NCBI GenBank assembly: GCA_964016885.1
Contig: OZ024761.1
Location: 12,028,001-12,092,000, forward strand
Source: Eledone cirrhosa
Lineage: Eukaryota
Length of the DNA stretch: 64,000 bases
Direction of reading: 5' to 3'
Made by a program: the position numbers and the translations under genes. This document shows positions 14,696 through 25,736 of this stretch, one piece after another. Each line of letters begins with the position of its first letter. Position 1 is the first letter of the stretch. The notes beneath the pieces are model-generated. The model worked only from the letters and a program-made list of their open reading frames with translations. It was not told the origin of the DNA and ran no database searches.

Positions 14696-14894
14696 TATAT
14701 ATATATACACACACACATATACACACACACATATATATACACACACACACATATATATACACACACACATATATATATACACACACACACATATATATAC
14801 ACACACACATATATATACACACACACACACATATATATACACACACACATATATATATATTGAAAATTGCAAACTCGACTGTCACCACATGTCA

Positions 14895-14932
14895 TGAACC
14901 TGAAGATTGCGAAAGCATGAAAGTACTGTTCA
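14895..14932 (+). ncRNA. Minimal hammerhead motif
   Basis: TGAAC-CTGAAGA-T-TGC(GAAA)GCA-T-GAAA-GTAC-T-GTTCA, with a 5-bp stem I and palindromic AGTACT stem III. The cleavage nucleotide appears to be missing. Confidence 0.65.
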
Positions 14933-15046
14933 ATTAACACTTAGAATTTAATATTCTATCATACTATTTCATTATAATACCATTATATATATTTTAAAGG
15001 ATTGTAAATAAAACGAGTAAATAAGACAAAGTTGGAATTCCTCTTA

Positions 15047-15150
<104 letters not shown>

Positions 15151-15163
15151 CACACACACATAT

Positions 15164-15216
<53 letters not shown>

Positions 15217-15366
15217 TATATATATACATTATACACACATATATATATACACACACATATACACACACACACACACACATATATATATACACACACACAT
15301 ATATACACACACACACACATATATATATTTATACACACATATATATATATACACACACACATATAT

Positions 15367-15408
<42 letters not shown>

Positions 15409-16149
15409 AGATTTGAATGGATACAGTTTAGTTGAAAGGAATTTATTGACACGTGTTTCTATAACAGTTACATAACCTAAAACAGCTATCTACAAACTTT
15501 TAGTTATGCAGACATTCAATATTTCAATGTTATTGTTTACTGTCATTTCATCAGAATAATATTACTGAGGACCTATTTAGTTTTTATAGAGAATATTAGG
15601 AGGAAGGGGTGAAGTTGTTAGAAGAATAGTTGAAGGAGTGGTTTTTCGATAGCAGTGAGAATTCTTGGTGGCAGTGATTAATTAGATTCCCATCTGTTGT
15701 TTTGACATTTTTTATAGAATATATTATTGGTTATTTTTCTAAATCTATAGAAGGATTAGAGATAGTAAAGATATGCGTGGTTGGTTTTGTGTTTGCACTT
15801 AACATTCAGACTTAAATTTTTCTTTCAAGTGTACGTATTCTTTCACCCACGCATTCACACACAAATATATTTGCACACCTCTACAAAATACATATACTCA
15901 CAATTCACATATTCATACTTACATATATATACACATGCATACACATATATATACACACATGTATTCATGTACATACATACGCGCTCATGTGTATACATTT
16001 TCATACTCAACTTATCTTTATATATACACACGTATAGACACACACATATATACATACATACTCTAGTCCATGTGTACACACATACACATACATACACATC
16101 CATATACACATACATACATACACATATATATATACATATATACACATAC

Positions 16150-16197
<48 letters not shown>

Positions 16198-16515
16198 ATA
16201 TATACACACATATACACACACACACCCATATATATATATATATATAAGCACTTTAATACATGAATACACTTACATCTAACTATACACATCAAACATATAT
16301 ATATATTTACTTATTTATATACATTTTCACATATATATACATACTTATGGACGTTTTTAGACACATTCATTATCGCATATTTGTACCTATTCTCATCAGC
16401 ATATCTTTTCATTATTAGTATGGTAATTTAAGGTTATTAATATATGTTGAAAAGAGATTGTTTTTATATTTTTCTAACTAGATTAAGGTTTATATAGTTG
16501 GGGGATGTCCCTCTT

Positions 16516-18837
16516 TTATGTAATATTCGGCTTGTAGTGGGAAAAAAGGGTTTTAGTTCTGTGACGGCAGAATAATGTTCGTTCAATTCTGTTATTCAGC
16601 AGTTTCTTCTTGTGTGTGATTATGTAATAAATCTCAAGATTACACAATTTGCAGAAATTTTGGCTCCTGGAAAAGCTTTGGGTTTTAGCTAATTTTTCCC
16701 ATTTTAGGGTAAACTTTTGATTGCTATCCCTGAGCGTCCAAGCTTTCTCTGCTAAAGTTGTTACATTTCTTTGGCTCTGGTGTTTTATTGAGTAAGAATG
16801 CCTATACAATCGAGATTTAAACGATGTTGCCGTTGATCCCACGTAATACCACTCGTTGCCTCCGGATTTAATGGTACACTTATAAATAATATTTTTTTCC
16901 AGGCAGTTATTGCCGAGGGGGCAGTTGTCAGGATAGGTGCAGTTACAGTTGTGTACGTTGGGTTTTCTCTGGAGTAGTATTGCGGACGAACTTAGGTGTG
17001 GTTTATTTATGTTCTGTAGTGTATTGTCTACTGTTTTTTGGGGGTTCTTTGTACTTAAGTTCTTAGTGTTTTCGTTTAACCTTCTAGTATTGATCTTTTT
17101 TATGTGTTGTTCAAGGTTTAACGCTGTAGAGTATGACAGTCTTATAGTGGTAGGGTTTAGGATTTTGTGGTATTTGTGTGATGTGGGAAAATGTCTTTTA
17201 ATTATTTTAAAGAAGAGTACTGGTAAATTTGTACTAATGGAGCTATTGTATTCGGGGTTATACCATAAGTACTCTTTGCATCGCTTTCTATTAGTTTTGT
17301 TTGTTGGTTTACTGGTGTGCATACTATGGTGGTAAGTGTGGTTTGGTGTTGTGTTATTATATCTACCTATGTGGGATTTATTTTGGGTGTTTTGATTGTT
17401 CCCATCTATGTACTCTATTTTGTTGAGGTAGCCTGCTTTACTAAGGGCGTTATCGTAGTACTCGGCGTGTTCCTTAAATACTTGTATGTTAGAAGATAGA
17501 CCCGAGATTCTAAGGGAAATATTTTTAGGGATAGATTTAATTATAGAGATGGGGTGGTTAGACCCAACATTTACGTATTTGAGATTTTCATTCAATTTAT
17601 GAAACGGTTTAATCAAACCAGAGTTTAAATTGAGTGTGACATCCAGGAAGTTAACTACTTTAAGGTTGTATTCATATGTTATAGTTAGTCCTATTTCGAG
17701 TAGTAGTTTTCTTATATCTTTGCGTAGTTTTTCTAGTTTTTGGTTATTAAGGTTTTTAGCTAGGAGGAGAACATCGTCGCGGTATATTCCGCCGTGGAGA
17801 TTGCTGAATTTTTCCTGGAGTCTAAAGGCGATAAATAACCCCACAATATCAGTTATTTCCGCTGAATCGTTAGAGCCCATTGTTATGTCAAAGTTAGAGG
17901 GTCTATCTTTACGTACCCAATAACTGTTCTCAAATTTGACTATAGTTTTCCTAGCTTCTAATATAATCTTAATTTCATCGTTTGTAAGGTCGGAGTTATC
18001 CTTAGCAAACTTAATGGCTCTATTCAAAGTTTCAGGTGATATCGATGAGTAATATTCATCGATATCAAACTGGATAAACTTAGATTTATTCTTATTGCTA
18101 ATGCTATTAAACCATCTTATTGCTTCTTGGGTCTTCCCCCAGAGTTTAATGTTAACCTTAGCCTTAATTTGGGGGATGATTCTATCTAAGATATATTTGC
18201 TTATTTTACCTATATCTGATTTAGAGGGGCAGATTAATCTAATTTTAGGGTCATTATCAAAGTTTACCTTGTGGTCCTTAAGATTGAAAGTGGGTACCGC
18301 CGGTAAGAGTGGTCCTGTCCTATCTTCGATTCCGAGATTTTTCACTATTTCGCATGCCCCATCATTGATGTGCTTAAGGGTTACTTCACTCGTTTTTCTA
18401 TATTTTTTATGTAATTCTTTTCGAATGAAGTTGTTGTATGTAGTGCAATCCATAGTGTACAGGTTTGATGTTTTGTCCGCTTTTACTACAATTCCTTTGG
18501 TGTTTTTAAGGTCGTCCAGTAGTTTTTTTATATCTTTCTGTAATTTGCTGTTGGTGTTGCGTCCTTTGAATTTAATTTTAAGGATTAAGTTCATAAGGTC
18601 CTGCTCAAATGCATCTAATAGTGGGTTGGTGGGTGGGTTTTTACAAGTCCTAAAACCGAATTTTTTGTTTACACCACTTTCTAATGTTGAGTTCATACGG
18701 CTTCTATCATAGTGGAGCGTTTTCCACCTGACACGTCGAATGAATTCATTAGTTTTTTGAATCATGCTCAATAAATATTCCTTTCTACCTTGGGTTGGTA
18801 TGTTTTTGAGTGACATATCCAGGTAGTGTTTTTCCAT
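16516..18837 (-). CDS. PLE reverse transcriptase plus C-terminal GIY-YIG endonuclease, 773 aa (Hydra-type)
   Basis: RT motifs KADK, QFDIDEYYSSI, ITMGS, IYRDD and NFLDV. GIY-YIG IIYKC...YYVGST..FKSR. CNC-x5-CPL-x3-C linker and terminal CKLC..E..LNNRIE..CRH. The N-terminal SLKNIP...FIRRVRWK is typical of the Hydra clade. Confidence 0.95.
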   Translation of the reverse strand: MEKHYLDMSLKNIPTQGRKEYLLSMIQKTNEFIRRVRWKTLHYDRSRMNSTLESGVNKKFGFRTCKNPPTNPLLDAFEQDLMNLILKIKFKGRNTNSKLQKDIKKLLDDLKNTKGIVVKADKTSNLYTMDCTTYNNFIRKELHKKYRKTSEVTLKHINDGACEIVKNLGIEDRTGPLLPAVPTFNLKDHKVNFDNDPKIRLICPSKSDIGKISKYILDRIIPQIKAKVNIKLWGKTQEAIRWFNSISNKNKSKFIQFDIDEYYSSISPETLNRAIKFAKDNSDLTNDEIKIILEARKTIVKFENSYWVRKDRPSNFDITMGSNDSAEITDIVGLFIAFRLQEKFSNLHGGIYRDDVLLLAKNLNNQKLEKLRKDIRKLLLEIGLTITYEYNLKVVNFLDVTLNLNSGLIKPFHKLNENLKYVNVGSNHPISIIKSIPKNISLRISGLSSNIQVFKEHAEYYDNALSKAGYLNKIEYIDGNNQNTQNKSHIGRYNNTTPNHTYHHSMHTSKPTNKTNRKRCKEYLWYNPEYNSSISTNLPVLFFKIIKRHFPTSHKYHKILNPTTIRLSYSTALNLEQHIKKINTRRLNENTKNLSTKNPQKTVDNTLQNINKPHLSSSAILLQRKPNVHNCNCTYPDNCPLGNNCLEKNIIYKCTIKSGGNEWYYVGSTATSFKSRLYRHSYSIKHQSQRNVTTLAEKAWTLRDSNQKFTLKWEKLAKTQSFSRSQNFCKLCNLEIYYIITHKKKLLNNRIERTLFCRHRTKTLFSHYKPNIT

Positions 18838-19748
18838 TGTTGTGGTTGCGTTTGCTGTGTGGGTTGCTCGACTTTACAGGAGGTAAATATACAGTTTTTT
18901 CCGTTGTGTTGTAATATAAATATTACACACAGTAGATTATCAGCTCACGTAGAGTTTGCTCGACGGTTCCAGTTGTAGTTCCAAAAGTAATCCGGAGAAA
19001 AATAGAAAGATTTGAATGGATACAGTTTAGTTGAAAGGAATTTATTGACACGTGTTTCTATAACAGTTACATAACCTAAAACAGCTATCTACAAACTTTT
19101 AGTTATGCAGACATTCAATATTTCAATGTTATTGTTTACTGTCATTTCATCAGAATAATATTACTGAGGACCTATTTAGTTTTTATAGAGAATATTAGGA
19201 GGAAGGGGTGAAGTTGTTAGAAGAATAGTTGAAGGAGTGGTTTTTCGATAGCAGTGAGAATTCTTGGTGGCAGTGATTAATTAGATTCCCATCTGTTGTT
19301 TTGACATTTTTTATAGAATATATTATTGGTTATTTTTCTAAATCTATAGAAGGATTAGAGATAGTAAAGATATGCGTGGTTGGTTTTGTGTTTGCACTTA
19401 ACATTCAGACTTAAATTTTTCTTTCAAGTGTACGTATTCTTTCACCCACGCATTCACACACAAATATATTTGCACACCTCTACAAAATACATATACTCAC
19501 AATTCACATATTCATACTTACATATATATACACATGCATACACATATATATACACACATGTATTCATGTACATACATACGCGCTCATGTGTATACATTTT
19601 CATACTCAACTTATCTTTATATATACACACGTATAGACACACACATATATACATACATACTCTAGTCCATGTGTACACACATACACATACATACACATCC
19701 ATATACACATACATACATACACATATATATATACATATATACACATAC

Positions 19749-19795
<47 letters not shown>

Positions 19796-20114
19796 CATAT
19801 ATACACACATATACACACACACACCCATATATATATATATATATAAGCACTTTAATACATGAATACACTTACATCTAACTATACACATCAAACATATATA
19901 TATATTTACTTATTTATATACATTTTCACATATATATACATACTTATGGACGTTTTTAGACACATTCATTATCGCATATTTGTACCTATTCTCATCAGCA
20001 TATCTTTTCATTATTAGTATGGTAATTTAAGGTTATTAATATATGTTGAAAAGAGATTGTTTTTATATTTTTCTAACTAGATTAAGGTTTATATAGTTGG
20101 GGGATGTCCCTCTT

Positions 20115-22436
20115 TTATGTAATATTCGGCTTGTAGTGGGAAAAAAGGGTTTTAGTTCTGTGACGGCAGAATAATGTTCGTTCAATTCTGTTATTCAGCA
20201 GTTTCTTCTTGTGTGTGATTATGTAATAAATCTCAAGATTACACAATTTGCAGAAATTTTGGCTCCTGGAAAAGCTTTGGGTTTTAGCTAATTTTTCCCA
20301 TTTTAGGGTAAACTTTTGATTGCTATCCCTGAGCGTCCAAGCTTTCTCTGCTAAAGTTGTTACATTTCTTTGGCTCTGGTGTTTTATTGAGTAAGAATGC
20401 CTATACAATCGAGATTTAAACGATGTTGCCGTTGATCCCACGTAATACCACTCGTTGCCTCCGGATTTAATGGTACACTTATAAATAATATTTTTTTCCA
20501 GGCAGTTATTGCCGAGGGGGCAGTTGTCAGGATAGGTGCAGTTACAGTTGTGTACGTTGGGTTTTCTCTGGAGTAGTATTGCGGACGAACTTAGGTGTGG
20601 TTTATTTATGTTCTGTAGTGTATTGTCTACTGTTTTTTGGGGGTTCTTTGTACTTAAGTTCTTAGTGTTTTCGTTTAACCTTCTAGTATTGATCTTTTTT
20701 ATGTGTTGTTCAAGGTTTAACGCTGTAGAGTATGACAGTCTTATAGTGGTAGGGTTTAGGATTTTGTGGTATTTGTGTGATGTGGGAAAATGTCTTTTAA
20801 TTATTTTAAAGAAGAGTACTGGTAAATTTGTACTAATGGAGCTATTGTATTCGGGGTTATACCATAAGTACTCTTTGCATCGCTTTCTATTAGTTTTGTT
20901 TGTTGGTTTACTGGTGTGCATACTATGGTGGTAAGTGTGGTTTGGTGTTGTGTTATTATATCTACCTATGTGGGATTTATTTTGGGTGTTTTGATTGTTC
21001 CCATCTATGTACTCTATTTTGTTGAGGTAGCCTGCTTTACTAAGGGCGTTATCGTAGTACTCGGCGTGTTCCTTAAATACTTGTATGTTAGAAGATAGAC
21101 CCGAGATTCTAAGGGAAATATTTTTAGGGATAGATTTAATTATAGAGATGGGGTGGTTAGACCCAACATTTACGTATTTGAGATTTTCATTCAATTTATG
21201 AAACGGTTTAATCAAACCAGAGTTTAAATTGAGTGTGACATCCAGGAAGTTAACTACTTTAAGGTTGTATTCATATGTTATAGTTAGTCCTATTTCGAGT
21301 AGTAGTTTTCTTATATCTTTGCGTAGTTTTTCTAGTTTTTGGTTATTAAGGTTTTTAGCTAGGAGGAGAACATCGTCGCGGTATATTCCGCCGTGGAGAT
21401 TGCTGAATTTTTCCTGGAGTCTAAAGGCGATAAATAACCCCACAATATCAGTTATTTCCGCTGAATCGTTAGAGCCCATTGTTATGTCAAAGTTAGAGGG
21501 TCTATCTTTACGTACCCAATAACTGTTCTCAAATTTGACTATAGTTTTCCTAGCTTCTAATATAATCTTAATTTCATCGTTTGTAAGGTCGGAGTTATCC
21601 TTAGCAAACTTAATGGCTCTATTCAAAGTTTCAGGTGATATCGATGAGTAATATTCATCGATATCAAACTGGATAAACTTAGATTTATTCTTATTGCTAA
21701 TGCTATTAAACCATCTTATTGCTTCTTGGGTCTTCCCCCAGAGTTTAATGTTAACCTTAGCCTTAATTTGGGGGATGATTCTATCTAAGATATATTTGCT
21801 TATTTTACCTATATCTGATTTAGAGGGGCAGATTAATCTAATTTTAGGGTCATTATCAAAGTTTACCTTGTGGTCCTTAAGATTGAAAGTGGGTACCGCC
21901 GGTAAGAGTGGTCCTGTCCTATCTTCGATTCCGAGATTTTTCACTATTTCGCATGCCCCATCATTGATGTGCTTAAGGGTTACTTCACTCGTTTTTCTAT
22001 ATTTTTTATGTAATTCTTTTCGAATGAAGTTGTTGTATGTAGTGCAATCCATAGTGTACAGGTTTGATGTTTTGTCCGCTTTTACTACAATTCCTTTGGT
22101 GTTTTTAAGGTCGTCCAGTAGTTTTTTTATATCTTTCTGTAATTTGCTGTTGGTGTTGCGTCCTTTGAATTTAATTTTAAGGATTAAGTTCATAAGGTCC
22201 TGCTCAAATGCATCTAATAGTGGGTTGGTGGGTGGGTTTTTACAAGTCCTAAAACCGAATTTTTTGTTTACACCACTTTCTAATGTTGAGTTCATACGGC
22301 TTCTATCATAGTGGAGCGTTTTCCACCTGACACGTCGAATGAATTCATTAGTTTTTTGAATCATGCTCAATAAATATTCCTTTCTACCTTGGGTTGGTAT
22401 GTTTTTGAGTGACATATCCAGGTAGTGTTTTTCCAT
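20115..22436 (-). CDS. PLE RT plus GIY-YIG, 773 aa, second copy
   Basis: Translation appears identical to 16516-18837. Confidence 0.95.
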   Translation of the reverse strand: MEKHYLDMSLKNIPTQGRKEYLLSMIQKTNEFIRRVRWKTLHYDRSRMNSTLESGVNKKFGFRTCKNPPTNPLLDAFEQDLMNLILKIKFKGRNTNSKLQKDIKKLLDDLKNTKGIVVKADKTSNLYTMDCTTYNNFIRKELHKKYRKTSEVTLKHINDGACEIVKNLGIEDRTGPLLPAVPTFNLKDHKVNFDNDPKIRLICPSKSDIGKISKYILDRIIPQIKAKVNIKLWGKTQEAIRWFNSISNKNKSKFIQFDIDEYYSSISPETLNRAIKFAKDNSDLTNDEIKIILEARKTIVKFENSYWVRKDRPSNFDITMGSNDSAEITDIVGLFIAFRLQEKFSNLHGGIYRDDVLLLAKNLNNQKLEKLRKDIRKLLLEIGLTITYEYNLKVVNFLDVTLNLNSGLIKPFHKLNENLKYVNVGSNHPISIIKSIPKNISLRISGLSSNIQVFKEHAEYYDNALSKAGYLNKIEYIDGNNQNTQNKSHIGRYNNTTPNHTYHHSMHTSKPTNKTNRKRCKEYLWYNPEYNSSISTNLPVLFFKIIKRHFPTSHKYHKILNPTTIRLSYSTALNLEQHIKKINTRRLNENTKNLSTKNPQKTVDNTLQNINKPHLSSSAILLQRKPNVHNCNCTYPDNCPLGNNCLEKNIIYKCTIKSGGNEWYYVGSTATSFKSRLYRHSYSIKHQSQRNVTTLAEKAWTLRDSNQKFTLKWEKLAKTQSFSRSQNFCKLCNLEIYYIITHKKKLLNNRIERTLFCRHRTKTLFSHYKPNIT

Positions 22437-23347
22437 TGTTGTGGTTGCGTTTGCTGTGTGGGTTGCTCGACTTTACAGGAGGTAAATATACAGTTTTTTC
22501 CGTTGTGTTGTAATATAAATATTACACACAGTAGATTATCAGCTCACGTAGAGTTTGCTCGACGGTTCCAGTTGTAGTTCCAAAAGTAATCCGGAGAAAA
22601 ATAGAAAGATTTGAATGGATACAGTTTAGTTGAAAGGAATTTATTGACACGTGTTTCTATAACAGTTACATAACCTAAAACAGCTATCTACAAACTTTTA
22701 GTTATGCAGACATTCAATATTTCAATGTTATTGTTTACTGTCATTTCATCAGAATAATATTACTGAGGACCTATTTAGTTTTTATAGAGAATATTAGGAG
22801 GAAGGGGTGAAGTTGTTAGAAGAATAGTTGAAGGAGTGGTTTTTCGATAGCAGTGAGAATTCTTGGTGGCAGTGATTAATTAGATTCCCATCTGTTGTTT
22901 TGACATTTTTTATAGAATATATTATTGGTTATTTTTCTAAATCTATAGAAGGATTAGAGATAGTAAAGATATGCGTGGTTGGTTTTGTGTTTGCACTTAA
23001 CATTCAGACTTAAATTTTTCTTTCAAGTGTACGTATTCTTTCACCCACGCATTCACACACAAATATATTTGCACACCTCTACAAAATACATATACTCACA
23101 ATTCACATATTCATACTTACATATATATACACATGCATACACATATATATACACACATGTATTCATGTACATACATACGCGCTCATGTGTATACATTTTC
23201 ATACTCAACTTATCTTTATATATACACACGTATAGACACACACATATATACATACATACTCTAGTCCATGTGTACACACATACACATACATACACATCCA
23301 TATACACATACATACATACACATATATATATACATATATACACATAC

Positions 23348-23394
<47 letters not shown>

Positions 23395-23673
23395 CATATA
23401 TACACACATATACACACACACACCCATATATATATATATATATAAGCATTTTAATACATGAATACACTTACATCTAACTATACACATCAAACATATATAT
23501 ATATTTACTTATTTATATACATTTTCACATATATATACATACTTATGGACGTTTTTAGACACATTCATTATCGCATATTTGTACCTATTCTCATCAGCAT
23601 ATCTTTTCATTATTAGTATGGTAATTTAAGGTTATTAATATATGTTGAAAAGAGATTGTTTTTATATTTTTCT

Positions 23674-24459
23674 AACAAAACTAATAGAAAGCGATGCAAA
23701 GAGTACTTATGGTATAACCCCGAATACAATAGCTCCATTAGTACAAATTTACCAGTACTCTTCTTTAAAATAATTAAAAGACATTTTCCCACATCACACA
23801 AATACCACAAAATCCTAAACCCTACCACTATAAGACTGTCATACTCTACAGCGTTAAACCTTGAACAACACATAAAAAAGATCAATACTAGAAGGTTAAA
23901 CGAAAACACTAAGAACTTAAGTACAAAGAACCCCCAAAAAACAGTAGACAATACACTACAGAACATAAATAAACCACACCTAAGTTCGTCCGCAATACTA
24001 CTCCAGAGAAAACCCAACGTACACAACTGTAACTGCACCTATCCTGACAACTGCCCCCTCGGCAATAACTGCCTGGAAAAAAATATTATTTATAAGTGTA
24101 CCATTAAATCCGGAGGCAACGAGTGGTATTACGTGGGATCAACGGCAACATCGTTTAAATCTCGATTGTATAGGCATTCTTACTCAATAAAACACCAGAG
24201 CCAAAGAAATGTAACAACTTTAGCAGAGAAAGCTTGGACGCTCAGGGATAGCAATCAAAAGTTTACCCTAAAATGGGAAAAATTAGCTAAAACCCAAAGC
24301 TTTTCCAGGAGCCAATATTTCTGCAAATTGTGTAATCTTGAGATTTATTACATAATCACACACAAGAAGAAACTGCTGAATAACAGAATTGAACGAACAT
24401 TATTCTGCCGTCACAGAACTAAAACCCTTTTTTCCCACTACAAGCCGAATATTACATAA
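23674..24459 (+). pseudogene. 5'-truncated PLE ORF (linker plus GIY-YIG) at the inversion junction
   Basis: Matches the C-terminal ~260 aa of the 773-aa protein, with one substitution (SQNF to SQYF). Confidence 0.92.
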
Positions 24460-24778
24460 AAGAGGGACATCCCCCAACTATATAAACCTTAATCTAGTTA
24501 GAAAAATATAAAAACAATCTCTTTTCAACATATATTAATAACCTTAAATTACCATACTAATAATGAAAAGATATGCTGATGAGAATAGGTACAAATATGC
24601 GATAATGAATGTGTCTAAAAACGTCCATAAGTATGTATATATATGTGAAAATGTATATAAATAAGTAAATATATATATATGTTTGATGTGTATAGTTAGA
24701 TGTAAGTGTATTCATGTATTAAAGTGCTTATATATATATATATATATGGGTGTGTGTGTGTATATGTGTGTATATATG

Positions 24779-24825
<47 letters not shown>

Positions 24826-25415
24826 GTATGTGTATATATGTATATATATATGTGTATGTATGTATGTGTATATGGATGTGTATGTATGTGTATGTGTGTA
24901 CACATGGACTAGAGTATGTATGTATATATGTGTGTGTCTATACGTGTGTATATATAAAGATAAGTTGAGTATGAAAATGTATACACATGAGCGCGTATGT
25001 ATGTACATGAATACATGTGTGTATATATATGTGTATGCATGTGTATATATATGTAAGTATGAATATGTGAATTGTGAGTATATGTATTTTGTAGAGGTGT
25101 GCAAATATATTTGTGTGTGAATGCGTGGGTGAAAGAATACGTACACTTGAAAGAAAAATTTAAGTCTGAATGTTAAGTGCAAACACAAAACCAACCACGC
25201 ATATCTTTACTATCTCTAATCCTTCTATAGATTTAGAAAAATAACCAATAATATATTCTATAAAAAATGTCAAAACAACAGATGGGAATCTAATTAATCA
25301 CTGCCACCAAGAATTCTCACTGCTATCGAAAAACCACTCCTTCAACTATTCTTCTAACAACTTCACCCCTTCCTCCTAATATTCTCTATAAAAACTAAAT
25401 AGGTCCTCAGTAATA

Positions 25416-25532
25416 TTATTCTGATGAAATGACAGTAAACAATAACATTGAAATATTGAATGTCTGCATAACTAAAAGTTTGTAGATAGCTGTTTTAGGT
25501 TATGTAACTGTTATAGAAACACGTGTCAATAA
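25416..25532 (+). ncRNA. Type I hammerhead ribozyme with a long branched stem II (copies: 29015-29131 +; 15443-15559, 19042-19158 and 22641-22757 -)
   Basis: Stem I TTATT/AATAA, core CTGATGA, stem II ATGACAGT/ACTGTTAT enclosing two hairpins, GAAA, palindromic stem III ACACGTGT, and GTC cleavage triplet (C25527). Confidence 0.78.
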
Positions 25533-25736
25533 ATTCCTTTCAACTAAACTGTATCCATTCAAATCTTTCTATTTTTCTCCGGATTACTTTTGGAACTACA
25601 ACTGGAACCGTCGAGCAAACTCTACGTGAGCTGATAATCTACTGTGTGTAATATTTATATTACAACACAACGGAAAAAACTGTATATTTACCTCCTGTAA
25701 AGTCGAGCAACCCACACAGCAAACGCAACCACAACA

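Noticed and set aside
16937-18712. Antisense ORFs overlapping the PLE and RTE ORFs
   Set aside because: Shadow frames of A-rich coding strands with no motifs.
24560-24615. Second CTGATGA or SECIS-like ATGA..AAA..GA in the PLE 3'UTR
   Set aside because: No supporting stems or suitably placed GAAA. The ORF has no in-frame TGA, so the selenoprotein coding known in Naiad PLEs does not apply.
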